A DNA stretch of 64,000 nucleotides, from assembly GCA_963782525.1 (NCBI GenBank), contig CAWAKC010000010.1:160001-224000 (forward strand). The letters run 5' to 3'. A program made the position numbers and the translations under genes. The DNA comes from Candidatus Bathyarchaeota archaeon (lineage in GTDB: Archaea > Thermoproteota > Bathyarchaeia > Bathyarchaeales > Bathycorpusculaceae). The notes beneath the pieces were generated by a model. The model made no database searches. It had not been told where the DNA came from and was given only the letters and a program-made list of their open reading frames with translations. Shown piece by piece: positions 1-10,719 of this stretch. Positions within the stretch are counted from its first letter, which is position 1. Every line of letters begins with the position of its first letter.

Positions 1-365
1 CTTAGAACTTTCAGTTGATCATTTGTTAGGGCTTTTGTTGGGTAGAGGTATAATGCAGTTGCTTTCGGGTCTTTTGTTAAGGCTTCAAGGATTGGGATGT
101 TGAACGCTAAGGTTTTACCCGAAGCTGTTGGTGTGGCTATAACTACATTTTTGCCTTGTCTAGCTACGTTAATGGCTTGGGCTTGGTGAGAATAGAGCTT
201 GATATTTCGATTTAGAATGCAGGTTTCTAAATTTTTTGGCAGGGGCTTTTCTAACTCGCCAAAGCTTGCTTCTTGTGCAGGCACTTTTTCTATGTGCACA
301 ATTTGTTTTTTGTAAGATTGCATTCGTTTTATGCTCTTGATGAATTCCTCAATCAAAGGTTCCAT
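1..365 (-). CDS. DEAD/DEAH-box helicase, MrfA/YprA-like; N-terminal part, runs off the window edge
   Basis: Manual minus-strand translation from ATG at 365: MEPLIEEFIKS...LYSHQAQAI (Q motif)...VIATPTASGKT (Walker A)...LYLYPTKALTNDQ (motif Ia). Overlaps the end of the upstream exonuclease gene. Confidence 0.85.
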   Translation of the reverse strand, partial: MEPLIEEFIKSIKRMQSYKKQIVHIEKVPAQEASFGELEKPLPKNLETCILNRNIKLYSHQAQAINVARQGKNVVIATPTASGKTLAFNIPILEALTKDPKATALYLYPTKALTNDQLKVL

Positions 366-1585
366 TCCTCATACAACTTGGAGAAGAGGCTTCCAAGTGT
401 CAACAGGTCTTGTTTGTTATGTTCAACTATGGGTACTAAAGGTCCAACGTTTTTAGTTTTAAGATAAGTCTCGTAGAAGTGCGGAACCAATGCCCCCGGT
501 ATGTTTACATCTCTTTTGATGCCGATGTATTTCTCGACAGTGTCCAGTCTGCAATCGGATAATTTGTGGCGTAAAGCGCGTCTGGTAAAATGTAGAACAT
601 CAAAATGAGGGTTATCCAAGGGTGAGTCTAATCCATAGTAGGCTAATCTTTGTTTGATGTATGGAATGTCAAAGCTTCTACCATTAAACGTTATGAGCGA
701 TAAATTAGGTTCAAGTTGGGAAACTAAAGACCAGATGGCGCTGGGTTCATCCCCTATGTCTCTTAGCAAAAACTGGGTCGTACAAATATGGTCTTTTTTT
801 GGTTTTGCTATTCCCAGTAAAATGATAGGTCTTTCCGATAATCCCAGAGTTTCAATGTCTATTATGGCAAAATCTTGGTCTTGACAGAACCCCGCTAAAT
901 AGTGAAGTAGTGGGTGGGATTTTGGAAGCCGTTGCCAAAGCCATCTCTGTATCGAGTCCACTTCTTTGTTATCGATAATTTTCATGTAGTCGCAGGCTTG
1001 TTTTTTCCAGCGTGGATGACGCTGTAAGTCTTCTATTGTTTTGTAGTCTTTGCGCTTTAGCGTCTGTTCACTTACAGGTCCTATTCCTGAGAGGACTTTT
1101 AAGTCTGAGATGATATGCTGTCGGCTTACTTGGTATGGAACTAATTTGAAGTTATTTGTGCAGGAATCTGAGATAGAGTAGCATTCGCCTTGTTCATTTG
1201 AAACTACCTCGCCGGATATGGCATCTTCAAGACTCTTGTCCTGATATTTTTTAACCAGTTCGCCCTCAAGATACAGTGCATCGTTGTATTCAGTACTCCA
1301 TATCCAACTTTCGAAAACAGGTTTTTTAAGCTCCTCCCCAGCAGTTTCAGATACTACCTCATACTCTTTTGAATCGCCCACCCTTTGCCTAAGACTCTTA
1401 GCTGCTTTATTTAGGGCGGATTTTTCTTTGAAAGAATTATCAGATTTAGTTGGCGTGGTTCCCAGATCTTGCACTTTGAAATTAGGCATCAGAAAAGAAC
1501 CACATGACAGGCAGAATTTACTTTGCACAAACTCCTTCTTAGAATAATCTTTGCCGCATTTTCTGCACAAATACGTAACTGGCAA
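353..1585 (-). CDS. RNase H-like (YprB/MrfB-type, RNase_H_2) exonuclease with N-terminal Zn ribbon and HhH
   Basis: CRKC...CLSC ribbon; LSGIGP HhH; DIETLG, TFNGRSFDIPYI, HFDVLH and HNKQDL exonuclease motifs; adjacent to an MrfA-like helicase. Confidence 0.85.
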   Translation of the reverse strand: MPVTYLCRKCGKDYSKKEFVQSKFCLSCGSFLMPNFKVQDLGTTPTKSDNSFKEKSALNKAAKSLRQRVGDSKEYEVVSETAGEELKKPVFESWIWSTEYNDALYLEGELVKKYQDKSLEDAISGEVVSNEQGECYSISDSCTNNFKLVPYQVSRQHIISDLKVLSGIGPVSEQTLKRKDYKTIEDLQRHPRWKKQACDYMKIIDNKEVDSIQRWLWQRLPKSHPLLHYLAGFCQDQDFAIIDIETLGLSERPIILLGIAKPKKDHICTTQFLLRDIGDEPSAIWSLVSQLEPNLSLITFNGRSFDIPYIKQRLAYYGLDSPLDNPHFDVLHFTRRALRHKLSDCRLDTVEKYIGIKRDVNIPGALVPHFYETYLKTKNVGPLVPIVEHNKQDLLTLGSLFSKLYEEWNL

Positions 1586-1706
1586 TTCAGGGTCATCCTA
1601 CAATCTCTGCAATGATTATAAAAGCCCTATGTTATTTGGGAAAAAAGCTTCCAAAAACACCCGTGTGCAACTTAGTGCAGATTTGTAGGTACTGGTTCAG
1701 CTCTGA

Positions 1707-1738
1707 TTGTTGCAACCGGTGTGCAGAATGCAGTTGCA
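1707..1738. repeat. 32-bp dispersed repeat, copy 1 (TTGTTGCAACCGGTGTGCAGAATGCAGTTGCA)
   Basis: Identical to 10720-10751. Confidence 0.85.
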
Positions 1739-1848
1739 ACAACAATTTCTACCGCACCTGGAGTCTCAAAAAAATACCTCGGCGCTACTTTTTGATAATG
1801 AATTTTGGGTTCATAAAGTTTTAAAGTCAAATTTGTCAAGATTGGATT

Positions 1849-1913
1849 GGGTTCAGAGGGAATGCATTTGATGGTTCGCCATCACACTTTGCATCTCCAT
1901 TAACTCTGGACCC
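1849..1913 (+). ncRNA. Candidate structured small RNA (long hairpin with UUCG loop)
   Basis: Nested pairing GGGTTCAGAG/CTCTGGACCC, GGA/TCC, ATGCA/TGCAT and TGATGG-TTCG-CCATCA; TTTTAAA box about 25 nt upstream; T-run downstream. Confidence 0.45.
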
Positions 1914-1979
1914 GCCTTCCATTTTACAAATTTTCAATTAGTATAGACTTAAAGGTAAAATTGGCGTAGATTGTGTTAG

Positions 1980-2177
1980 GTGAAGAATATGTCTTCAGAA
2001 GTGGAAAAAACAGAGTTAATAGCAGCTTCGCATGCTTTGGAAGAATTTGTCAAAATACTTGTAAATGAATATCCGTTAATATTCAAAGATGGGGTATGCG
2101 TCATAAAAGTTGGCCCTTCAATTAATAAACAATTTTTCCCCTACGAAGCTTCCCTAGACATAAAGAAACAGAAATAG
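1980..2177 (+). CDS. Small hypothetical protein
   Basis: 65-aa ORF; a GGTGA SD-like motif sits just before the in-frame ATG at 1989. Confidence 0.5.
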   Translation: MKNMSSEVEKTELIAASHALEEFVKILVNEYPLIFKDGVCVIKVGPSINKQFFPYEASLDIKKQK

Positions 2178-2180
2178 ATG

Positions 2181-3503
2181 CTATTTTGAATTGTTTTTAT
2201 TTTTTGCTTTCTTGAATTTTAAACCTATTACGCTAATTGAGATGGCGATTAGAAGGCTTGCTCCAAGCGTATAAACCAGCAAGGAATTGTATGGTTGAAG
2301 GCTTAGGGTTTGAGTGGGTTGTGTGGTTGCGTTCTGGCTTAACGTTGGCATCGGTGTTGCTATTGGTATAAGTCTTGTGTCGTTCCAGTAAACCACCATT
2401 TTGTATCCTAAAGATTCGGGAGGATGCAAAATATTAGGGTAAATAATATCTAGATTTTTGCCAAATATTTGGAAGAGCGAAGCCATACTCATACTCACTG
2501 CCAGAGTCAGTGAGTCGTTGCTCCATAATCCCCAGATTCTATCTTCTGTTGGAGAGCGAAAACCATATGCATAATCTTGGGGCAGCACATACGCTGACCT
2601 GTCAGATACTGGACTTGTAGATCGAGGGTGACTTTTGGTGTATTGCCAGAATTGTTGCATCGCGGTTAATTGGTCCGGTTGAAGGATGTCTCGTGTCCAG
2701 TTTGGATCGCTGTCAAAAATTACTATGTATTTTGCTCCATTCTCATAGGCAAACACCATATCCTTATAGAGATCCGGACCCGACTCCAAATATGGAAAAT
2801 CAGAAGATGAATGAGTTATCATAACCCCCCAATCTTTGCCTTGAGCTGTAGCTGCACCTCTGCAGAGGTCGATGTTTAGTTCTCGACTGTAGTTTTGGGC
2901 AAACTCTGCAAAAACTGTGTCGTAACCACCCAAATAATCATACCAGTAAAGCGAATAATCTGAAGTAAACAATTGATAGTTTGATGTTCCGAAACTTTGA
3001 GCCATTGATCGGGGGCCATCCTTTAGCCACCAACTTAGAAGACTAACATATTCGTTTGATGCATCACTGTAATTGTATGCTTTTGTAACTAACGGGTAAT
3101 TTGATTGGTCAAGTTGTTTTCCGCCTGGTTCATCATAGAAATAAATCCCCAAAAAACTGCTTCCCCATTTCTGTGCATCACTAAGCCACGTTTTCGAGGG
3201 ATATCTTGTGTCATCAGTATAAACTATGAAAGTCAAACCCTTATGGTAAGCATATTGGCTTATGATAGTAAGCCTTGTTTCATTGTAGTTTCCAGTACAT
3301 CCAATTACCAAGAAATTAGTAAACGAACTAAGATTATCGATCACCTGCTCAGTGTCAGCAACACTCTCAAAAGCAACATCCACACCCACATAAACGCTTG
3401 AAGAAGTCTGAGCGTTAACCCCTTTGGCTGTTAGACTATAGTTTATGAAAAGAGGTAGAATAATAACAAGAATAAGAAGAAATGTTAGATGCTTGAATTT
3501 CAT
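2181..3503 (-). CDS. Secreted, membrane-anchored hypothetical protein (possible glycoside-hydrolase-like barrel)
   Basis: N-terminal signal peptide, GIYFYDEPGG motif, Thr/Pro linker, C-terminal TM helix plus basic tail. Confidence 0.7.
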   Translation of the reverse strand: MKFKHLTFLLILVIILPLFINYSLTAKGVNAQTSSSVYVGVDVAFESVADTEQVIDNLSSFTNFLVIGCTGNYNETRLTIISQYAYHKGLTFIVYTDDTRYPSKTWLSDAQKWGSSFLGIYFYDEPGGKQLDQSNYPLVTKAYNYSDASNEYVSLLSWWLKDGPRSMAQSFGTSNYQLFTSDYSLYWYDYLGGYDTVFAEFAQNYSRELNIDLCRGAATAQGKDWGVMITHSSSDFPYLESGPDLYKDMVFAYENGAKYIVIFDSDPNWTRDILQPDQLTAMQQFWQYTKSHPRSTSPVSDRSAYVLPQDYAYGFRSPTEDRIWGLWSNDSLTLAVSMSMASLFQIFGKNLDIIYPNILHPPESLGYKMVVYWNDTRLIPIATPMPTLSQNATTQPTQTLSLQPYNSLLVYTLGASLLIAISISVIGLKFKKAKNKNNSK

Positions 3504-3729
3504 TAATCTAAAATTAGAAGCTATGCCTTAATACCCCTTTCCCAAATATGCCCGATTAATTAGAAAAGATGATTCGAGCAGATTCTTGAGAATAGTTTGA
3601 AGTAAATTGGAGCATTGATCCTTGTTGTAGTTGAAATGACTCTATATTGCCAAAACATCTACAAGACAGTAATACTGTCAAAGAAGATATCCTTTTATTT
3701 TCTCAAAACTAACCTACTTTGGTGAAATT

Positions 3730-4038
3730 ATGTCTTCGAATCCACTTGACGCTTACAAAGATTTTGATCCAAAACTCATAGAACAATATGAAAAACTGCA
3801 AGGTTTAACTTATTCTGAAGGAGCATTATCCGTTAAGTTCAAACTACTCATTGCTTTAGCAATAGATGTGGAACATGGAGCCTTACAGGGAGCAATCGCT
3901 ATTGGGCATAGAGCCCTCAAAATGGGTGCAACAAAAGAAGAAATCATCAAAGCCCTCAGAATATCTTACCAGATCGAGGGAAATAGAGCTCTCTTCACGT
4001 CTGCACAAGTCTTGCAAGCCTTGTTCAAACAGAAATAA
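3730..4038 (+). CDS. Carboxymuconolactone decarboxylase/AhpD family protein
   Basis: GALSVKFKLLIALAID...ALKMGATKEEI signature; no CxxC. Confidence 0.8.
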   Translation: MSSNPLDAYKDFDPKLIEQYEKLQGLTYSEGALSVKFKLLIALAIDVEHGALQGAIAIGHRALKMGATKEEIIKALRISYQIEGNRALFTSAQVLQALFKQK

Positions 4039-4083
4039 GCTTTTTTGGTTATTCTCTGTTTTGTCTTTGTTCTTAAGCCCATA

Positions 4084-4796
4084 TCAATTAGGTGATGTAT
4101 TAGCCGTTACGCTTTGTTTCTTTTTGTTCTCGGCTGCTGCCCTGATATCGTTTATTCTTTGTTCAATTGTTGGGTAGAGTTTGGGTAGGACCCGTTCTAT
4201 GCGTGTATTTCTTTGGGGCCGCAGGTTGTTTAGCTTGATCATAGCTGTTATCATTGGTTCGCCGTTTAGGTATTTTACTGAGCTGAGGTCGCATTCTGTC
4301 TCTTGGTTTCGGAGCCATTTTGCGTTAGCGAATAAAGCGGCAACTAAACCAAAAAAACCGAAGAATAAGGTTGCAAGCAAACTGGACACGACTTTTCCTA
4401 AACTGCCGACAAGTGGCATGGCATTTATTGCTGTAAAGTTGAAAAACACAATGAAACCCATCAGAACTCCAATTGTCGCTGAAGGAACGGTTAATCGAAA
4501 GAACTTTTTTGTTCCATGTCTTTTTTTTAGGTGCGTTAACTCATGCGCTGCAACAGCTAGCACCTCATCAGGTAATAGCGTATTGAAATAGTTGGTATCA
4601 AAGAAGATTCTGTCTAAGAAAGCCATACCGCTACCCGCAACCTCGCCTTGTAATACCGATCTAACTTGGTTTTTTTCAAAACTCTGGATACATGCATTGT
4701 CTCTGCTATGTTGTCAAGGGATTCAGATGGAAAAGGACTTGCTTTTAGTAACCGCGCAAGAAATGAATTGATGATTCCCATGGTGTTTCTCTTCAC
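4084..4796 (-). pseudogene. M48/HtpX-like Zn metalloprotease, frameshifted near 4620
   Basis: AVAAHELTH (HExxH), two TM helices, QETECD, YPTIEQRI; N-terminus lies in another frame (4614-4796). Confidence 0.7.
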
Positions 4797-5018
4797 TTTA
4801 TTGACTATTATGGCTTCTTTTACATACTTGCGATTTTCATGATTATTTCTCGGTAGGCCTTGTCGTTGAAGTCTCTTTCACAAGCTACCAGAACAAGTCT
4901 GCTCTCCGTTCCCTTACACTGATAAATCGTAAAGTATTTGTCATCTTTGATTTCTTCCCCACATAAACCGCACTTCTTCAATTCTACCCCTCAATGCTCT
5001 TTTCTTTGCTAAAGGAAT

Positions 5019-5858
5019 TTAAGACTTTGTTGCTTCTGAGAGTAGGTTTCTCTCTTTGAAGAACTCTAAGGCTTCTTTCTTGTCTTTATGTTCAAAATCT
5101 TCGTAGAGAATCTCTATGAGGTCTTCGAGGGCAATCCATCTTATTGCTAAAACATTATCTCTAATAGTTGAGAGGGTTCTCCACTCAATGTCTTCCCGTA
5201 TCTTCTCTGGGTTGGTATATTCGCTGATTTTGTAGTAGTAGAGTCTGCTTTTCTTTTCGAAGAATCCGCGAGGAGTTGATAGAATAACTAGAACTTCTTT
5301 TCCATTATGTTCGTTGACTTCTAATCCGACATCTATGAGTCTTGCCAGCTGGTTTCTGGAAGGGTTAAATGCGGTATCATATACGATGTCTGAGGTGAAC
5401 TTGATTTCAAAGAAGATTAGCAACTTATCAGTTTCAATGAATGCGTCGACATGAGTGTTTGACTCCAACGGTTGATTTAACCTATGTGCGTTGGCTTTGT
5501 CTCTGATGTATTTTACAGGATGATTTTTCACTTCATCTTTTATCCATTTGAGGTATCCTTTTGGTGATTTGTATTGCTTTTCCAATGCGATATCTACGAC
5601 GTTTTCTTCGTATGCGCTTACTTTTGCTAAGGATAGGATTCTGTTGACTAAACCTACTCTGTTCAAGCTTAACACTAAGGGCGCAAAGGTGTAGAAGGTT
5701 ATGAGTTCTTCTGCTTTGTCGTATTGGTTTGGGTAAGCCGCCAAGTTTGTAGCTGTTCTTGCCGAGTTTGAGTTATCAACCCATGTATTTAGTTTATTTA
5801 AGCGGTCGTTTGATGGATCGAAACAAGTCTGGATGGCTTCTTTAAAGAGTAATCGCAT
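5019..5858 (-). CDS. PD-(D/E)XK restriction-endonuclease-like protein
   Basis: THVDAFIET...FFEIKF motif followed by RNQLAR. Confidence 0.6.
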   Translation of the reverse strand: MRLLFKEAIQTCFDPSNDRLNKLNTWVDNSNSARTATNLAAYPNQYDKAEELITFYTFAPLVLSLNRVGLVNRILSLAKVSAYEENVVDIALEKQYKSPKGYLKWIKDEVKNHPVKYIRDKANAHRLNQPLESNTHVDAFIETDKLLIFFEIKFTSDIVYDTAFNPSRNQLARLIDVGLEVNEHNGKEVLVILSTPRGFFEKKSRLYYYKISEYTNPEKIREDIEWRTLSTIRDNVLAIRWIALEDLIEILYEDFEHKDKKEALEFFKERNLLSEATKS

Positions 5859-6295
5859 AGAAACCTATTAGTGGATACTAGTATTTCTTTTTTAGCAGAA
5901 CCCCAGAAGCCTAAACTAACAAACAACCAAAACAACTGTAAGAAGAAGTGCAAATAAAATCAGACTGCACTGCTAACCTTGTCTTTATATGAGGGTGTCA
6001 AAGCAATGACTTTGCTTATGTGCTGGTTAGACGATATCGAAGATTCGGCATTGCAAAATAGAGTTAGTCCACAGGTAGTCTCGGCATTAACACGCTCAGT
6101 TGCTGTAAGCAGTATTTCGCCCATCAACTCCTTAGTGTCAAGAGCTTGTTTTGTTTCGTTAGCGTTGCGTTTACTTAACTTCTAGCGCCTCTACCACCAC
6201 TGAAGGTTGATAAAAATTCTTTGTTTTTCTATTACTTTAGTCTCATTTCAAAAAAAGGGATAGTTGGTTTAAAAGCCAACATTGTAGTGGTTTGT

Positions 6296-6841
6296 TTAGC
6301 TGGTTGCGAAAAGTGAATCGGGGAGAGTGGGGTTCGGGCAGATATCATAGATTAGGATAGTTCCGGTACTTGAGGTGTACGTATAGGTCAAGTCACTGCC
6401 ATTCCAGTTGTCGGCTAGGTGAGTTACGTAGTCGTTGAATGGTGTAACCACCATTGAATAATCAGTAGGCCAATCATCCAAAGTCCATGTTGCACCATTA
6501 TCAAAACTGCTGTAGGCTTTTTGGGCACCTGTATCGACAATGTAGGTGTAGTTACCGGCTGAACCGCCCGGGATGTCCATCCTTACGACAAGAGTTGAAG
6601 TATTAAGGTTTTTAGCTGAAAACATGTAAGTTACTGTTCCCGCACTACCAGTTTCGTTAACATTGATCTGTAGAGTACTTGCGCCCACGACTGTTGGAAC
6701 AGAAGTTGGGGCAGGTGTAGGCGTAGCGTTTGTTCCGCCGCCTCCATTATTATTCATTAATATGTATGCAGCAGCGCCAGCAATGATAATAACAACGACT
6801 AAAACCGCTACAATAATGTATATTGTCTTTTTGTTCATCAA
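6296..6841 (-). CDS. Membrane-anchored extracellular hypothetical protein
   Basis: N-terminal TM/signal, Gly/Thr/Pro linker, beta-rich domain. Confidence 0.7.
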   Translation of the reverse strand: MMNKKTIYIIVAVLVVVIIIAGAAAYILMNNNGGGGTNATPTPAPTSVPTVVGASTLQINVNETGSAGTVTYMFSAKNLNTSTLVVRMDIPGGSAGNYTYIVDTGAQKAYSSFDNGATWTLDDWPTDYSMVVTPFNDYVTHLADNWNGSDLTYTYTSSTGTILIYDICPNPTLPDSLFATS

Positions 6842-7118
6842 AAATCACCGAGTTTTCCTAGTTTCAGGTTAATTGGAAATCCATATAAACTTTTCCCATG
6901 AGCCCTAAGAAGCCAGGACAACCTGCACAGATTAATTACTGCTCGATTGAGCTTTTGCTGATTTCGCCTCTTTTTCTAAAAGATGCAACAGTTGATGTAC
7001 AAAATTCGTTTGTATCAGTAGCAGCAACTTCTCTATCTCCCCCAGTGGATTCCGCTTCTTTTGTCATTGGGCAAATTATTAATGCAACTTGCCCGTTAAC
7101 TGGCATTCAGGATAAGCC

Positions 7119-8918
7119 ATGACTGCTAAGCTTACGTTCTACGGTGGAGTCAACGAAATCGGCGGTAACAAGATCCTCCTCCAAACCGAGGATGGTTCGG
7201 TTCTTCTGGATTTTGGCCGTAGAATGGGTGAGTACGGCAAGTTCTTTTCCGAGTTCCTTGTGGGCTCGTTTCAAGAATGCTCTGCGGGATATGCTTCGGC
7301 TGGGGATTTTGCCTAAAATCGACGGCATCTATACGCCATACTTGGTTGATATGACACTTCTGTTTGAGAACGAAGCCGTCAGCGAAAAAGTTCCATTGAC
7401 TGAGGCATTGGATTACTGGAAAACCACCGATGTCTGCCCTTGCAACCCTGGGCATCCAGCAGTGGACGGCGTTTTTGTTTCGCATGCTCATTTTGACCAC
7501 ATTCAAGACGTTAGCTTCCTCGATCCATGCATCCCCGTTTACTGCACCGAAAAAACCAAGGTTCTTGCAAAAGCGATGACGGATGTTTCGGTCTCAGGCG
7601 TGGATGATCAATACTTCAAAATCGCCAAGAAAGTAACCATCAAACAAAAAGCTCCCTTGTTTAAAACCCTCTGTCCAGGAGAATGCGCATGTAGTGAAGA
7701 AAAAGAAGAGGCGCACCCAATTATTGAAGATCCCAAAACTAAATTTAAATTCACTTACGACATAGCGCCTCAGTACCGAACCTTTAACACGGCTTCTGAG
7801 GGGCAGATCAGGGGCATTAAGTACAAGCTGATTCCAGTCGGGCACTCTGTCCCAGGTGCGTGTTCAGTTTTGCTTACTCTTCCAGATAGCAAACGCATCC
7901 TCTATACTGGGATGTGAGGTTTCATGGCGCTGGCGAAGTGTCAATTGATGAATATGTCGGCTCGATTGGTGGTCCGGTTGATGTTTTGATTACAGAAGGA
8001 ACCCGGATCGGAACGGATGAAGTAATAACCGAAGAAGCTGTTGGAAGAGACATAAGCGCTGACATTGGGTGCTCTGAAGGGTTAGTTCTCATTAACTTTG
8101 GTTGGAAGGATCTTTCACGCTTCAACACCATCCACCAAGCAGCAAAAGAAAACGGCCGCACACTCATAATCAATGCCAAACTTGCGTACCTTCTCTATGA
8201 AATGCACAACAATTTCCCATCCGAGTACCCAGATCCACGAACAATACCTAACCTCAAGGTCTACTTGAAACGGGAAGGCGATCTCCTCTACTCAAAAGCA
8301 GACTACGACAAATACAAAATGGGCTACCTACACTACCACGGAAGAAACATCGCCCAAGACGATAGAAACATCATACGCGTGGCAGAAAGACTAGGCGTAG
8401 GCGGCAACCCAAACAACCCCAAAAACCCATTGCCTTCCACAAGCGATGGAGAACCATACGATTACCAAGATCTCTACTCTCTATCGATGCATCATTTAGA
8501 TAACGGCGTTAAAGCCTTCCAAATTAGACAAAGCCCCACAGAATACGTTTTGATGTTTTCGTATTGGGACGCAAACGAACTCTTCGACATAATCCAACTC
8601 GACAGCAACCATAAGACCCGGTATATTTCTGCGTCAACTGAACCCTTCAGCGAAGAAATGGAGATAGACGAAGCTAAAATGGTGAATTGGCTGGACTTTT
8701 TCCATGTTAACTATGACTACGAAATGAAAAAGGACCAAAAAAATTTCGTGCGAAGACACGTTTCCGGGCATGCTTCCAAACCAGAACTCACAGAACTAAT
8801 ACAGAGAATTAATGCAGCAAAAATAATTCCCATACACACCGAACATTGTGAGATCTTTGAAGCATTGTTTGGAGGAAAAATTGTTTTACCTAAATATGGG
8901 CAACCCGTCGAGGTATAA
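7119..8918 (+). pseudogene. MBL-fold beta-CASP (RNase J-like) exonuclease split by two frameshifts
   Basis: LTFYGGVNEIGGNKILL...LLDFG (frame 1); SHAHFDH and VGHSVPGA...YTG (frame 2); ITEGT, HVSGHAS and IPIHTEH (frame 3). Both shifts fall in G runs, so they may be sequencing errors. Confidence 0.8.
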
Positions 8919-9008
8919 TTCTTTACCGCATTTTCTGCAGACTTAACTGGCAATTTAGGGTAAATAAACCATATTTTTTTTTATCATCCATACCGCATTA
9001 GCTATTCA

Positions 9009-9040
9009 GTGAATATTGGTGAATTATGGTGAATATTCAC
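9009..9040. promoter_or_regulatory. Operator-like array upstream of the GNAT TA locus
   Basis: GTGAAT(A/T)(T/A)T at 9009, 9019 and 9029 (10-bp period); palindrome GTGAATATTCAC at 9029-9040. Confidence 0.45.
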
Positions 9041-9059
9041 TAATATTGAACATAGTTTG

Positions 9060-9208
9060 ATGGTGAGTAATGTTCTTCCAAAACCAATACCTGCGTTAAA
9101 TGCAGAGCAGTGGGCTACATGGAGAAAGAAATGAAGCGGAAGTCATCAAAAAAAGATGCGGAGCGTCTCAAGCGAGTAAAGAAAACTTTTAAGAATTGTC
9201 CGTTATAA
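9060..9208 (+). pseudogene. Small putative antitoxin upstream of the GNAT gene, with one frameshift
   Basis: Manual translation: MVSNVLPKPIPALNAEQWA / MEKEMKRKSSKKDAERLKRVKKTFKNCPL*. Ends 12 nt before the GNAT start. Confidence 0.45.
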
Positions 9209-9220
9209 TACAACGTCTAT

Positions 9221-9750
9221 ATGAGCGCTAACAGGATAACTGCTAAAGACTTGTCTCCGCCAAAGATTTTGGACCAAATTGACGACGTTAGTAGCTTTAG
9301 TTGCGGCGTTAAAGACATGGATGAGTTTATACAAAAGGAAGCGTTGGATTTTCAGAAAGAACGCCTCGGTGTAACCTACCTTTTCATGCATGACCAGGAA
9401 TTAGTTGGGTTTGCTGCATTATCAATGGCAGACTTGAAAAGGGAAAAAATGGAAGCAAAGCATAGACCTCAATCTAAAGTTGAGAATTACCCTGCGCTCT
9501 TGATTGGACAGCTATCTGCGAAGAACTTCAAGGTCAAGACGTAGGCACATTCATTTGCGATTTTTGCTTGGACCGAGCTTTAAGGTTCTCGAAGATAATT
9601 GGATGCAGGTTCATGTTTGTAAATGCCCTAAAATCTGCGCTGGGATTTTACTTAAGATATTGTTTTGTGTTGCTTCCAAAGCAGGAAGGAAGAGACCAGA
9701 AAGTTATGTTCTTAGACATATCCAAAGCGACCGAACCACTAACAAATTAG
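9221..9750 (+). pseudogene. GNAT acetyltransferase, TacT/AtaT toxin-like, frameshifted
   Basis: FSCGVKDMDEFI, YPALLIGQL, then QGQDVG and GCRFMFVNA...GFY in a second frame. Confidence 0.75.
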
Positions 9751-9903
9751 GCTTCCCATTTTTTGCTAACGGAATTAGTCCAACCTATGGCAATTTTTAT
9801 CCGGCCAGGTTTGCGGTCGAGAAATAACCAAAGAAGATTATGAACAATACGATGTTATGTGCTGGGAATGCTGGGACGACTACTAACTGAGTTGCTATGC
9901 GCT

Positions 9904-10554
9904 TTAGGGTTTATCTTGGATAACGTGGAATATGTTGGCTAATGTTTCATCGGCAACTGGAAGTTTGCGCCATCCAAACGTTCTGAGAATTTCTTCATCT
10001 GAAGGTGCAGGAACAACAAAATAGTCAGAGAGGTGTATTTTTTCAATCTCTTTTTCTTGTGCGTTTATGATTTTTCTGTCGATTATATCTTGCATTATTC
10101 TGTATCCAACGTACATTCGGATTGTATGTTTAAATTCATCCATGGCTTGTGCGTGTTTAGCCAACAGTATATTCACTCTTTTCAAATCTTCATTGCTTGT
10201 AATGTTGCATTCGGCATGGTTGATGTTGAGGAAGAAAAGTCGCATTAATCCTCTCTCATTTAAACCTGGCGTGAGCGAGAACAACCTGGAATCTTGAAGT
10301 AATCCATGATAAATTTTTTCCGACTCAGAGAGGTCATGGAATAGTTTAGACTTGGAAAGATCTATTTGAAAAATATGCTTAGCTGCAACGAAAATGAAGG
10401 CTTTTTCAAAGACAATGTAGCCACCGAAAGTTGGGATTCCATTTCGCCTATAGAGAACTCGTATTCTTTTGTGCAGCTCGCTTATCTTTGTTATCTCATT
10501 CTGGACTATAAGGTACGCAAGCTCTTGGGCAATGTTCTTCTTAAGATCAAACAT
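9904..10554 (-). CDS. Hypothetical protein
   Basis: 216-aa ORF with no recognised motif. Confidence 0.55.
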   Translation of the reverse strand: MFDLKKNIAQELAYLIVQNEITKISELHKRIRVLYRRNGIPTFGGYIVFEKAFIFVAAKHIFQIDLSKSKLFHDLSESEKIYHGLLQDSRLFSLTPGLNERGLMRLFFLNINHAECNITSNEDLKRVNILLAKHAQAMDEFKHTIRMYVGYRIMQDIIDRKIINAQEKEIEKIHLSDYFVVPAPSDEEILRTFGWRKLPVADETLANIFHVIQDKP

Positions 10555-10719
10555 TTTTCTATTCTTCCAGTTCTATCTTAACATCTTCAATTTCTCGGGG
10601 TAAGGCTGCATGTTCTTTAGCCTTTGAAGCATTTAACATGTCCTTTGTTGCCTTCTTCGCAAATTGGCTCAAAAGAGGAATAAGCTTTTCCTGAGTTCAC
10701 CCTTCTCAAAATATGATAG

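Noticed and set aside
1612-1824. Cys-rich short ORFs containing CCNRCAECSC (also 10664-10888) as peptide precursors
   Set aside because: They are translations of the identical DNA repeat, with no synonymous divergence and no modifying enzymes nearby.
7119-8918. Programmed frameshifting in the MBL nuclease
   Set aside because: Both shifts are single-base changes in short G runs, with no slippery heptamer or stimulatory structure seen.
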